From Clostridia bacterium (lineage in GTDB: Bacteria > Bacillota > Clostridia > Oscillospirales > CAG-272), in assembly GCA_017520505.1 (NCBI GenBank), contig JAFXFN010000006.1, positions 172,443 to 236,442 on the forward strand: a stretch of 64,000 bases of DNA. The letters run 5' to 3'. The position numbers were made by a program, and so were the translations under genes. Shown piece by piece: positions 1 to 10,440 of this stretch; position 1 is the first letter of the stretch; every line of letters begins with the position of its first letter. The notes under the pieces are model-generated. The model was not told where the DNA came from and searched no databases. It saw only the letters and a program-made list of their open reading frames with translations.

Positions 1-2658
1 TGACTTCAGGTATTGGCTGGAATCAAGCGGCACATCAAGAATGTAATCTACGTAAGGAAGAACGAAGGAGTTACCGCCGCTTACCATTACCTTACCGAAA
101 TCATTCTTCATCTTCGCAAGGAGATCTCTTACAAATTCCTTGCTTTCCTCTCTGTTGTAAGGATCGTCCTCGTTAAAGTCGGAGTTAAGATCCGAACCGA
201 GAGTAGAAACTGATATACCCGTAGGCTTTGTTTCAAGAAGATCCTCTGACATCTTGTCATAGAAGAACTCAAAAACAGAGGGAGAAATGGGGTTGTAGCC
301 TGTTTTGTAGAACTGCTGGTATGCAGGGTTGTATTCACGCTGTGACGGATATCTGCCGTCCATTGTCTGAACAGCGTGCTTCTTATAGTTGAAGCCGTCA
401 AAGAGCGAAACGCTCTGCAGGTAAGAGAATTCGAATTCGGGATATACGCCGATATCCTTTTCGTCAGCAAACGCCATAAGATCCTTGAATCCGTCAGCGC
501 CGCCTACTTTCTTTTCCCACTTAACCTTGTTGGGAACAGTCGATGTAACACCGCCGTTTGCATAACCGTTAAGCTTGAAGTTAATGTTTGTGATCTCTCT
601 TTCAGCAAGCATACCGTACATTGTCTTGACATCGTCAAATGTTGTAAGCGGTACTTTTACCTCAACAGGGATACTCAAGATCTTATCTGTAGACTGGATA
701 ACACCCATTGTTTCGATGCAAAGGGGAATATCATCCTTAATGTCTTCTGCTTTAAGTCTTGTAATGATGCCTTCGCCTTCAAGGTAATCACGGCACACAT
801 TTACCATACCCATATATGATGCGGGATAGTACTTATAGTTATCTACCTTAACATCGGGAATAAATATCTTTGATGTGTCAACATTACCGTCAGCGTCGGG
901 TGTGAGGCTCGAAATAAGATTATCTCTGTAGCCCTCGGGATCCTTCAGGAATTCATTATAATCTTCTGCCTTTGCTTCATCTGTAAGCATTGTGTACTTG
1001 ATTATGTAGCTTCCTGTGTATCTACGCTTTGATGTAACCGTCCACATTGCGTTTGCACCGACACTCGTTGCATCTGCAAGGTTATATGAGTCTGTAGGAC
1101 GGGGATAGAACGATGTTGCAACAGAGCTGTAGTCGTGAAGAACACCGCCGTGGTTTGTGGATATCTCAGCAAGTGCGTCACCTTCGAGAAGGATAGCAAA
1201 ATATCCTCTGTCTTCCTCGTATGTGGATGTTTCTGTAACGGACTTTGTGCTGATGATGTTTCCGTAGGAATCTCTGTATTCCATATCTTCAGGATACTGA
1301 TTATCCTTCATGGTATGAACGAGCTTACCGTCTTTGTCATAGAACTTGCCGTCAGCAGGATATGAGTAACCCTCATCTCCGGGCTTGAGCTTCAAATCCT
1401 GTGTTATTTCGTTTCCGTCAGCATCGTAATACTTGTTGAGCGGAACATTTACTCTGTATGTGCTGGACTCTACATAATTTTCAACTACGCCAAACACGGG
1501 CAAGCGCATAGGCTGACGGTGCTGGGGATCGTCTGTGTGGTATGCGAAGTCAGAGCCGTACATTTTAGCACTGAGGGACAGCTGTGTATCAACGTCCTCA
1601 AATCTTGTCAGAGTACCGCTACCGTCGGGAATAAACGTGTAGCCTTCGTTGTCCTTACTGTTGCCTGCGCCGAAGTAAGGCAGGATAGTAAGCTTTTTAA
1701 GCTTGTAGTTTGTTTCGTTGAAGCGGATACCGTTTGCAGCAAGTCTTGCTGTGAGTCCCTGCTCATCAAGTGTGTACTCGATGGAAAGACGGAACAAGGG
1801 GGGAGCTGTATCAGTTACGCTGTATTCAACGAGGTCATGGTCCTCATCAAGCTTTTCGTATGTGTATTCAGGGCAGTACTTCTTGATCTGCTCTTCTATC
1901 CAGTTGAACTCTCTGTCCTTTGTATCGTTGGAGAGAACGTAGATAGGATACTTTTTAGTAATAGGCCACTGGTTATACATCGCATTGAGCGTTGTCTGTG
2001 TAACACCGGGCGCTGTGGGGTCTTTAAGCAGATAATAAGCTGTAAACTTATTCAAAAGCCAGCTTGAAACGCCTGCTTCCTTAAGCTTTTCAAGAATGTT
2101 GTTTTCAAAGCTTTCCTTTGTTATCTGACGCGGAACAAGCTTTCTTGTTTCCGTACGTCCGATCGCATATTCAACTCTCAGACCGTTCTGGATATTCTTA
2201 ACGATTATCTGGTCACGGAGAGCTGCTTCTGTGTAGCTGTAATACGTCTGGTTCTTGGAACCGTTTGTAAATTCAACCACTACCTGCGAAAGAAGCATTT
2301 CCTTTGTGTCAGCAGAACCTGTCGTTTTGCCGAGATCGTAGGGGTTAGAGAAAAGTATCTGACCCGATCTTCTGTCACGAACAGCAACCTCACCCGTTCT
2401 TGCGAATGAGTAAAGCTCATAATTCTGATTCTGAACACGAAGTGTCATTGATTTGAGCTTAGCTTCCGGTGAATCGTACTCAACTCTCGTGTAGTCGATA
2501 TTGCCGGACTGCTCTTCTTCTTCCTCGCCTTCATTTTCGGTATCACCCGTTTCGGGGTTTTCCTCATCAGCGGAAACCGTTACCACAAAGGAAGTTGTGA
2601 GTGTACCTACTACCATCATTATAGCAAGGAGCATAGATAAAAGTTTTTTCAAAGCCAT
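1..2658 (-). CDS. Large secreted DUF5696-like protein (3' end outside window)
   Basis: Absent from the ORF track, probably because its stop lies outside the window. ATG at 2658 follows an AGGAGG RBS; N-terminus MALKKLLSMLLAIMMVVG... is a signal peptide. The window edge reads in the same frame as DFNEDDPYNREESK...GGNSFVLPYVDYILDVPLDSSQY, typical of the DUF5696 proteins found in such operons. Only both ends were translated by hand. Confidence 0.75.
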   Translation of the reverse strand, partial: MALKKLLSMLLAIMMVVGTLTTSFVVTVSADEENPETGDTENEGEEEEEQSGNIDYTRVEYDSPEAKLKSMTLRVQNQNYELYSFARTGEVAVRDRRSGQILFSNPYDLGKTTGSADTKEMLLSQVVVEFTNGSKNQTYYSYTEAALRDQIIVKNIQNGLRVEYAIGRTETRKLVPRQITKESFENNILEKLKEAGVSSWLLNKFTAYYLLKDPTAPGVTQTTLNAMYNQWPITKKYPIYVLSNDTKDREFNWIEEQIKKYCPEYTYEKLDEDHDLVEYSVTDTAPPLFRLSIEYTLDEQGLTARLAANGIRFNETNYKLKKLTILPYFGAGNSKDNEGYTFIPDGSGTLTRFEDVDTQLSLSAKMYGSDFAYHTDDPQHRQPMRLPVFGVVENYVESSTYRVNVPLNKYYDADGNEITQDLKLKPGDEGYSYPADGKFYDKDGKLVHTMKDNQYPEDMEYRDSYGNIISTKSVTETSTYEEDRGYFAILLEGDALAEISTNHGGVLHDYSSVATSFYPRPTDSYNLADATSVGANAMWTVTSKRRYTGSYIIKYTMLTDEAKAEDYNEFLKDPEGYRDNLISSLTPDADGNVDTSKIFIPDVKVDNYKYYPASYMGMVNVCRDYLEGEGIITRLKAEDIKDDIPLCIETMGVIQSTDKILSIPVEVKVPLTTFDDVKTMYGMLAEREITNINFKLNGYANGGVTSTVPNKVKWEKKVGGADGFKDLMAFADEKDIGVYPEFEFSYLQSVSLFDGFNYKKHAVQTMDGRYPSQREYNPAYQQFYKTGYNPISPSVFEFFYDKMSEDLLETKPTGISVSTLGSDLNSDFNEDDPYNREESKEFVRDLLAKMKNDFGKVMVSGGNSFVLPYVDYILDVPLDSSQYLKS

Positions 2659-2675
2659 TATAATTTACCTCCTTA

Positions 2676-4826
2676 CTAAATTCTGTACGAAATTTCGACC
2701 ACGATACTCGTAATGAAGCTTATGATCTTTGTCATAAGGCTGGAGAACAAGAGTGCAATAAACATAATTGCCGCCATACCAACAATAGTGCTTATGCTGA
2801 TGATAAGGTTCTTTCCGAGTGAATAGTCGTGTGTTATCATTGAACCGAAGAACACGAGCAAGCCTACCCAGATCCACATAATGGTCGTGAGAAGTGTTAT
2901 GATCTGCGATTCGTTAAGTGTGAATATGTTTGTCAAAAGTGTTGCGGGTATCATCAACAGCGGGATAGGAGCAAGCGCATAGGATGATGCTATAAAGATA
3001 TCCTTGAAGCTTCCTTCACCCTCGAACAGTGTTGTAAGACACCAGTTTGCAAGACACCAGAGGAAAAGCGGAACGAGAATTGAAATGATCTGTCCGAAGA
3101 TGCTTATATATTCGCCCTGCGGATTGAACAGATAAGCAGAACCGATTCCGTTATAAGTAAATGCCGCTATTGCCAATACGATATATACGATAGCACCTCT
3201 TACAGAGCCTCGTCTTTCGTATTTCAGATCCCAGAAGCCGTCAAACGGGTGCATAATTACGTGCATACCGTAAAGAACCTCTTCCCAGAACGTTCTTGAG
3301 CCGTCCGGTCTTGTTGCAACCTCTTTGTTCTTTCTTCCCGCATAACCGAAGAAGAAGTATATCGCAACTGCGATCACTACAACAACTATCGGTACTACAA
3401 GGGCATATTTAGCAACCCATTCCTGTCTGTAATACTTGAATGCTGTTGAGTAGTTGTCTGTATCGTATGCGAACTTATACATTTCCATAGCATCTTCGTA
3501 TCTGCCGTCACGGTAGTACGCTCTGCCAAGTCCGACGTAAGCCGCATCGAAGTTGTTATTACGCTTGAGAATTTCAAGCCAGTCAGCCTCAGCCTCGTCA
3601 TAACGGCGTTCACGCTGATTCTGAATAGCATTGATAAGTGTATCACCGTAGTCTGTACGCTTCATAACCGTGATGTTATCAGCAGTCTTGTCAAGAAGAA
3701 GCATATCATCGCCCATATAAGTGATAGCCTGAATGCTCTGGAGGTTACCGAGCTGTGTACCCTGGTCACCGAATACGAAAAGCAAACGACCTTCTTCATC
3801 ATAAGTGAAGACCTTGTTTCTCTTTTCGTCGATAATGCTCCATGTTCCCTGCGGACCGAGAGCAACGTCGATGATCTTTGAAGGACCTGTGATAGCTGTC
3901 GAGCTTGATACCATATCCTGGTCATTGACCTCAACTTCACCTGACGGAGGCCAGAAGCCGTTACGGTCAAGAATTTCGTCACCGGCTGTATTCAGCTTCT
4001 TTACAGGAGCGTAGTCACCGGATTTATCCTTTGTCTTGATCGCATTCTGCTGTGCAGCTTCATCAACTGACGATGTGGTAACGTAGATAAGTCCCATATC
4101 GTCGATGGTGATATTGTTATACTCTGTAGATACGACTGTATCGGAGTATTTTCTCTGTTCTTCTGTCTGGAACTTTCTCCAGAATATCTCCCAAGCTGTA
4201 AGCGAGGACTTCTGAGCACCGATAAATCCCTGAAAGTTACCTTCCTTGTTTATCGCAATGATACCTCTGTACGTCGTTGAAGAAACGATATACATACGGC
4301 CTGCGGCGTCGACCGCAAGTGCTACAGGACGGTAAAGGTCGTCAACGCTGATTTCCTTCGAGATAGGCTTGCCGATAGTTTCAAGGAATTTACCTTCCTT
4401 GTCAAACACAACGATACGTCCGTTGTCTGTGTCGGCAACATAGATCTTTTCATCTGTTACAAATACACCGTTGGGGTTTGTAAGAGCATCGTTTACACCG
4501 TGCTCGTTAACAAACTTATCAATGATGAATCTCTGCTTGAAACGGTTGTTAAGAACTATGATTCTGTGATTTGTCGCATCGGCGATATACACGTTGTTAT
4601 CGCTGTCGACTGTTATATCCTTGGGGTCATCCATATCAACTACAAGAGCCATGGAATCGCTGTCAATGATCTCCGACGGAACGTAAGCATCGGGAGAGTT
4701 CATCGGATGTCCTTCGAGTGAATAGGTATACGTATCATAAGAATAATACGCAGATGCCGTGATAGGCGAAAGAACCGTAAGTACACCTATAAGGACAGTA
4801 AGCATTCTGAAAAGTATTTTTTTCAT
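2676..4826 (-). CDS. NHL-repeat beta-propeller + TPR + C-terminal YIP1-like membrane domain fusion
   Basis: Signal peptide; NHL motifs (VYIADATNHRI, IYVADTDNGRI, PVALAVD); TPR (AAYVGLGRAYYRDGRYEDA); HPFDGFWDLK followed by about 5 TM helices. Confidence 0.85.
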   Translation of the reverse strand: MKKILFRMLTVLIGVLTVLSPITASAYYSYDTYTYSLEGHPMNSPDAYVPSEIIDSDSMALVVDMDDPKDITVDSDNNVYIADATNHRIIVLNNRFKQRFIIDKFVNEHGVNDALTNPNGVFVTDEKIYVADTDNGRIVVFDKEGKFLETIGKPISKEISVDDLYRPVALAVDAAGRMYIVSSTTYRGIIAINKEGNFQGFIGAQKSSLTAWEIFWRKFQTEEQRKYSDTVVSTEYNNITIDDMGLIYVTTSSVDEAAQQNAIKTKDKSGDYAPVKKLNTAGDEILDRNGFWPPSGEVEVNDQDMVSSSTAITGPSKIIDVALGPQGTWSIIDEKRNKVFTYDEEGRLLFVFGDQGTQLGNLQSIQAITYMGDDMLLLDKTADNITVMKRTDYGDTLINAIQNQRERRYDEAEADWLEILKRNNNFDAAYVGLGRAYYRDGRYEDAMEMYKFAYDTDNYSTAFKYYRQEWVAKYALVVPIVVVVIAVAIYFFFGYAGRKNKEVATRPDGSRTFWEEVLYGMHVIMHPFDGFWDLKYERRGSVRGAIVYIVLAIAAFTYNGIGSAYLFNPQGEYISIFGQIISILVPLFLWCLANWCLTTLFEGEGSFKDIFIASSYALAPIPLLMIPATLLTNIFTLNESQIITLLTTIMWIWVGLLVFFGSMITHDYSLGKNLIISISTIVGMAAIMFIALLFSSLMTKIISFITSIVVEISYRI

Positions 4827-4835
4827 ATTTCCTCC

Positions 4836-5711
4836 TTAATCCTTCATACCCGATGTACCCATCGTTTCAATAATGTTACTCTGTGTGATGACGAATACCG
4901 TAACAGGAACTATCATCATGATTACCATCGCCGCTGTACTTGCGCCGGCACGTACGATACCTGCGGACAAGATCTGGTTGATGGCGTAGTTAAATGTTTT
5001 CCACTGTTCACTCTGAATATAGATAGATGAACCTGTGTTCCAAAGTCCCTGGAACGAATACACGATAAGTGTAAGCCAAGCGGGCTTAACCATCGGCATT
5101 GCGATCGTCCAGAACACCTTGAATTCACCCGCACCGTCAAGACGTGCGGATTCAAGAACCTGGTCAGATACCGAGGACTCCATAAACTGCTTCATAAGGT
5201 AAAGACCGAGTGTGGAGCAGAATGCAGGAATGATTATCGCAAGAATATTGTCGATAAGTCCGAGGAATCTCATTGTGATGAAGTTCGCAACACCTGTGAT
5301 CGTTGACACGAACATAAGTGAGAGAACGACCATCTTGAACATACCATTTCTGCCGGGGAACGGAATTTTAGCAAGCGCATACGCTGCCAAAGAACCGAGC
5401 GCCAGGTTACCGAACGTACCGCAAACCGTAATAAGAACGGTGTTGAATATGTAACGGGAGAAAGGAACCCAAGATGTGCTCATCAATTTGAACAGGTCGG
5501 AATAGTTTTTGATCGTGGGGTTGATAACGTAAAACTTCGGAGGGAATATCCAAAGCTCATCAAGAGGCTTGAATGACTGCATTACCGCAAAATACATCGG
5601 CAAGAACATCATTGCGCCGAGAATGACAAGCATTATTGTGATACCCGCGTCACCGCCGGCGGAGCGGTTGAGGACGACTTTATGATTACGAACTCTTAAC
5701 TTCTTAGCCAT
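4836..5711 (-). CDS. Carbohydrate ABC transporter permease (MalG-like)
   Basis: EAA loop ESARLDGAGEFKVFWTIAMPMVKP; about 6 TM helices. Confidence 0.93.
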   Translation of the reverse strand: MAKKLRVRNHKVVLNRSAGGDAGITIMLVILGAMMFLPMYFAVMQSFKPLDELWIFPPKFYVINPTIKNYSDLFKLMSTSWVPFSRYIFNTVLITVCGTFGNLALGSLAAYALAKIPFPGRNGMFKMVVLSLMFVSTITGVANFITMRFLGLIDNILAIIIPAFCSTLGLYLMKQFMESSVSDQVLESARLDGAGEFKVFWTIAMPMVKPAWLTLIVYSFQGLWNTGSSIYIQSEQWKTFNYAINQILSAGIVRAGASTAAMVIMMIVPVTVFVITQSNIIETMGTSGMKD

Positions 5712-5712
5712 A

Positions 5713-6672
5713 TTATTCGCCCACCTTCGAGAGTAATTTCTGAATAAGCATATTTGAACCGATCATCATCAAGAACAATATCGTAGCAATTGCCGATGAA
5801 TAACCAACCTCGAAACGCTGACCGCCGTAGTCTTCAAGGTGGTGCATGATCGTGTGTGCGCAGTAGTCAACAGACGGGAAGCCTGCCAAAGCGGTAACGA
5901 TACCACCAAAGCTGAATGCGCCCGTAATAGCCATAACTGCACCGAACAAAAGCTGAGGACGCATCGTAGGAAGTGTGATGTACCAAAGCTCCTGCCATCT
6001 GTTACGTATACCGTCGATCGCACCTGCCTCATAAAGGCTGTTGTCAATGGTCTGAAGACCTGCGATGAACGAAAGGAACGTAACACCGAGTGACGTCCAG
6101 AGGGCAACCACTATGCAAAGAGGCATAACGTACGTTGCATCCTGGAAGAACTGTATAGGCTCTGTTCTGATATTGAGTGAAATGAGAAGTGCGTTAACGT
6201 ATCCGTAACGGTCGGAGGAGAAGAAGATAGAAAAGATCGAATACATAGCACCCGATATACTCGGAGCGTAGAATATAAGTGTAACGATAGCTCTCGTTCT
6301 AGGGGAAAGCTCGTTGATAAACCACGCAACGAAAAGTGACATTATGTACGATACAGGACCCGTAACGATAGCGAATATAAGTGTATTCTTAACCGCTGTA
6401 AGGAATATATCGTCATCAAGGAATAATCTTAAGTAATTGTCAAAACCCAACCACTTAGGCCATTCAAGCAAGTTGAAGGATGTAAAGCTGAGCACCATCG
6501 ACAAAAGAACGGGAACGACAGTGAAGATAAAGAACAGAATGAAGAACGGAGCAATCATGACGTAGCCCATCTTGTGCTTCTTCATTTCTTTCCATGTCCA
6601 CTGCAATTTCGACATATCTTTGCGAGATACGGGCTTTACACTCTCGGTTTTAACTGCCGTATTTTCTGACAT
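5713..6672 (-). CDS. Carbohydrate ABC transporter permease (MalF-like)
   Basis: EAA loop LYEAGAIDG..RWQELWYITLP; GFDNYLRLF motif. Confidence 0.93.
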   Translation of the reverse strand: MSENTAVKTESVKPVSRKDMSKLQWTWKEMKKHKMGYVMIAPFFILFFIFTVVPVLLSMVLSFTSFNLLEWPKWLGFDNYLRLFLDDDIFLTAVKNTLIFAIVTGPVSYIMSLFVAWFINELSPRTRAIVTLIFYAPSISGAMYSIFSIFFSSDRYGYVNALLISLNIRTEPIQFFQDATYVMPLCIVVALWTSLGVTFLSFIAGLQTIDNSLYEAGAIDGIRNRWQELWYITLPTMRPQLLFGAVMAITGAFSFGGIVTALAGFPSVDYCAHTIMHHLEDYGGQRFEVGYSSAIATILFLMMIGSNMLIQKLLSKVGE

Positions 6673-6728
6673 GTGTGTACTCTCCTATATTAGTATTATA
6701 TAATGAATATCTTTTTTCTATTATATCA

Positions 6729-6764
6729 TCACATCGCCAAGCCACCGAGGGCTCGGCGGTGTGA
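6729..6764 (-). other. Intercistronic stem-loop after the SBP gene (probable mRNA stabiliser)
   Basis: TCACACCGCCGAGCC-loop-GGCTTGGCGATGTGA with no U-tract, between the SBP and permease genes. Confidence 0.55.
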
Positions 6765-6771
6765 CAACGGT

Positions 6772-9700
6772 TTATTCATTTCCGTATACTTCCTCGTATA
6801 TCGGCAGACCGAATTCCTGTCTCTTTCTCGAAAGCTCGCTGTTGATGTTTACAACATTGTCGAGAAGTGCGTCAACAGGGTCTGTACCGTTGTTGTACGC
6901 ATCGAGGAATGCAAAGTCAACATAACGTGTTATGATGTAACCGCCGGGATATTCAGGAGTACCTTTAAGGTTCTGGAACTGTGCCTCGAGGTTCTTCATT
7001 TCAGAAGACGTCCAAGGCATACTTCTGAGCGCTTCCATATTAGCTGTGTTATACTTAGCAGCCATACCGATGAGCGCTTCGTACTGTCTTGCATATTCAC
7101 TCTGTGCCGGAGCATCTGTCCACCACTTGATGAATTCCCAAGCATCGTTTCTTACCTTTTCGGATCTGTTTTCGTCAGCCATAAGGATAACTGCGGAAAC
7201 GGAACAAGGAACGGAGTTGTTAAGCTCGCCCGTTTCGGGATCTATCGTACCGGGAAGCGGAACGAATTCCCAAAGGCCCTTGATCTCAGTAGCGTAGATC
7301 GAGAAGTGGTTGTACGTAAGATAGTCTGCAACTGCGATAGGCATTTCACCCATTCTGAAGTATGTTGCAAGGTCAAATACTCTGGGGAAGTTGTAGGATG
7401 TGAACAGGTCACAAAGCTTCTTGAAGCAATCGAGCGAGGTATTGGAGTCAATATTGATTCTCATACCGTTTTCCTTGTAGAGGTCTTCGTCAAGCTGATA
7501 CATAAATATCTGAAGACCCGCAAGGCTCGATGCCATACCTACGTCACGGTAGTTCGTCTGGAGGTCGGGAACGATCTCATAAAGATCATCCCACGTTCTC
7601 GGAACTTCGATGTCAAGCTCAGCGAAGATGTCCTTACGGTAGAACATCATAACGAAGCCAAGACGTTCCGGAACACCGTAATAGTCATAATAGTGAGGAT
7701 CGTTTTCATCCGTTATTTCGGGATTCTGAAGTCTCAATCCTACGAGAGTTTCGGGATTGAAGCGGCTTGTGTTACCTACATAATCGAAGTAGTCATCAAA
7801 CTGTGAAAGCGGCTCAATAGCACTACGTATCGCATAGTTGATAACGTCAGCCTGACCTGTTGCCAAGGAAATGTCGGGACCTGTACCTGCAAGTGTTGCG
7901 GGAAGCAACGTACCGCCTGCAACAAGCTTAAGGTTAACCGTTACGGGACAATCCTTATCAACAAGCTCACGCATTACCTGCGCTTCATCACGGCTCGTTG
8001 CGATCCATACTTCAACAACGTTTTCTTCATCTATCTGTTCAGATGCACCGAGTGAGTTATAATCTGTAAAGAAGCTCTGGAAGAATGAGCTTACTTCAAA
8101 CCAAAGGCTCTGCCAGAATGTTGCATTAGCTTCGGGGATCTCTGCTTCTGCAGGCTGGATAAGCAAATAGTCAAGCGTCAGAGGCTGAAGCTTTGTATTC
8201 ATTATCCACGTACCGAGTGTACCGGAGTTTACCTTGAGGTTTTCAAGGTTCTTCGCTATCTCGTCTTCATCCGTACACATCTTATTAAGAATGAATATGA
8301 TCTTTTCAAGTGTTGCTATGTTCTCTGCCGATTTACCCTCGGATATTTCAAGGAACATATTAACGATAGACTGAAGCTCATCTCTGGTCTGCTGCATAAG
8401 AATGATCGTATCATATATCTGTTCAGCGAAACCGTAGTCCATATTTTCATCAGGTGAAGGACCTGTAATTCTCAATATGGAGTTATATATTTCGTTCATA
8501 TTTGTCAAGGATGTTTCGCAGCGGCGAAGTGCATCTGACAAATTACCGTAAACAACTTCAAGTCGGATTGTGTACTCTTTGTTTGCCTCAAGATAGAACT
8601 TGAACTCCTGCTCGCCGTTGTTAAGGGGAGCTGTCGCCCAGTCATCGGCATAGTTGAACTGCAAGTAGCTTGCTTCTTCAAACGGTATCTCGCCGTTTAT
8701 CATTATACGTCTTGAAACGTAAAGACCTGCAAGAGTATTCTGCAAATAACGGGGAATGATGTTATAAAGTCCCGACTGCGTTACTGCGCCTGCAGGAATT
8801 GTCCACTCTATCCACTGACCGATATTCTGCCATTTGCTTCCGCCGATGGTGTTCAGCTTCTGCTTTGCAGGGTCCTGCGGCTCTGTGATAGGTGACGTTC
8901 TGTCGTTAAGAGCGTATATCGTAAGATCAGATGTGAATACGGGATACTCAGCCTGGATCTTATATGAAGCGGAAGCATCAACAGCAGGCAATGAAGCATA
9001 CTGCTCGATGTACTTTTCGTATGATATACGTGATTCTGCCTTCTCTACGGTTATATCGTAAAGATACATATCGTTCATCGTAGCTTCGAGAGCTATCGTA
9101 TGTTCACCCGCTTCAAAAACGAATTTGAACGGATCAACGTGGAAGCCTGCGGAGTCACAAAGGCTGTACTCGCTCCACGAATAAGACTGCTTCTTTTCGG
9201 GCTTCTTATCGTTGCCGTTAAAGTCAAGCTTAAACGTAGGATTTCCTTTGTCGTCCTGCTCTGTGTAAACATCCTTGAACGAACGTGTCATTTCGAAATA
9301 GTTGGCTTCCTTGAAAGGAACCTTGCCGTCTATTCTGAGCACACGTTCAATAGTCGAGGTGTTTGCAGAGCCGGAATCATCTTCAACCGGTCTGTAAGTG
9401 AGTTTAACTGTGTAATAACCGGTAGTGGGAATAGATACTTTCCACGAAACAGTACCTGTCGCCGGAACGTAAAGAACGTTGCCCTTTTCGCCGTCAGGGT
9501 CGGTCACCTTTTTCGCAATATCCCCTTCCTTACCGTATTCCTCGTCCTTCGCAAACTCGAAGTTTTCCGCCGCCTTGATGGTTACGGAGCCTTCACCGTC
9601 CTTGATTCCGAGGTTGTTGTTCTCCTGGAGATAGTCATAATACGTCTGTGCCTCAAGCAGCTCACGCACTTCTTCGATACTTGTCGTAGTCGACGTGCCT

Positions 9701-9786
9701 TCAGCGGCATTGATACCCACGGGCGATATGGCCGTCAGCAGGGCGAGAAAAACAATCAAAGCTCTTGACAATTTTGATTTTCTCAT
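6772..9786 (-). CDS. Very large extracellular solute-binding protein with N-terminal CBM-like beta-sandwich domains
   Basis: Start reassigned to ATG 9786 (GGAGG RBS, MRKSKL... signal peptide). C-terminal SBP family 1 motifs: YGVPE..FVMMFYRKDIF, PRTWDDL, AWEFIKWW. Confidence 0.85.
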   Translation of the reverse strand: MRKSKLSRALIVFLALLTAISPVGINAAEGTSTTTSIEEVRELLEAQTYYDYLQENNNLGIKDGEGSVTIKAAENFEFAKDEEYGKEGDIAKKVTDPDGEKGNVLYVPATGTVSWKVSIPTTGYYTVKLTYRPVEDDSGSANTSTIERVLRIDGKVPFKEANYFEMTRSFKDVYTEQDDKGNPTFKLDFNGNDKKPEKKQSYSWSEYSLCDSAGFHVDPFKFVFEAGEHTIALEATMNDMYLYDITVEKAESRISYEKYIEQYASLPAVDASASYKIQAEYPVFTSDLTIYALNDRTSPITEPQDPAKQKLNTIGGSKWQNIGQWIEWTIPAGAVTQSGLYNIIPRYLQNTLAGLYVSRRIMINGEIPFEEASYLQFNYADDWATAPLNNGEQEFKFYLEANKEYTIRLEVVYGNLSDALRRCETSLTNMNEIYNSILRITGPSPDENMDYGFAEQIYDTIILMQQTRDELQSIVNMFLEISEGKSAENIATLEKIIFILNKMCTDEDEIAKNLENLKVNSGTLGTWIMNTKLQPLTLDYLLIQPAEAEIPEANATFWQSLWFEVSSFFQSFFTDYNSLGASEQIDEENVVEVWIATSRDEAQVMRELVDKDCPVTVNLKLVAGGTLLPATLAGTGPDISLATGQADVINYAIRSAIEPLSQFDDYFDYVGNTSRFNPETLVGLRLQNPEITDENDPHYYDYYGVPERLGFVMMFYRKDIFAELDIEVPRTWDDLYEIVPDLQTNYRDVGMASSLAGLQIFMYQLDEDLYKENGMRINIDSNTSLDCFKKLCDLFTSYNFPRVFDLATYFRMGEMPIAVADYLTYNHFSIYATEIKGLWEFVPLPGTIDPETGELNNSVPCSVSAVILMADENRSEKVRNDAWEFIKWWTDAPAQSEYARQYEALIGMAAKYNTANMEALRSMPWTSSEMKNLEAQFQNLKGTPEYPGGYIITRYVDFAFLDAYNNGTDPVDALLDNVVNINSELSRKRQEFGLPIYEEVYGNE

Positions 9787-10440
9787 GGGTATTCCTCCTG
9801 TGAAATTTAACTGAAAACAAGTAAAAACTTGCAGGTATAAACAAAAAACCGACACAATCCGAGCGATTCTCTATTTAACCGATTTCATATTTATAAACAA
9901 TAATAACATACATTTATGCCGTTGTCAAGTGGAACTCTCTATTATATATAAAGCATTTTTTGACTTGATTATGAATTTTTTAGCCCTATTTTGTGGTGCT
10001 TTTTTGCGTTTTTTCAGCGGAAAAAGCGCATTTAAAACACAAAGCGATCTTACATTCGAAATAGGTAAATAAAATTCACCTTGTACACGTCTTTGAGGCT
10101 ATACAGTTGTATTTTGTGTGAACTAATGTTTAAAAAATGCACTGAATTTGGAAAATAATCTTCTATTTTCAGCTTGTCAGATGCGCTATGGTGAATTTAA
10201 TTTACCGTGTTTAAAGCCTCGGAATTTAACATCATCAGATAATTAAATCAAAGAATTGTACATTTTGCACAATTTTAAAGCCATTTTTTCTACTTTTTGA
10301 CGAAGTGAAATAAAGTTAACAAATTGTAACTTTTCTGTTTAAAGATGCTTTTTCAATAAATTTTTACGCTTCGTATTTACATTTTCATCCATTTTGAGTA
10401 TAATGTGATGTGTACAAAAACAAAGAAAAGAGTTCTTCGA

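Noticed and set aside
376-2067. Plus-strand ORFs of 147 and 182 aa (and similar ones at 6703-7806, 11433-12563, 13583-14290)
   Set aside because: Antisense shadows of well-supported minus-strand genes.
2545-2565. NPETGD motif in the DUF5696 protein as a sortase signal
   Set aside because: It sits in an acidic linker just after the signal peptide, with no following TM segment or basic tail.
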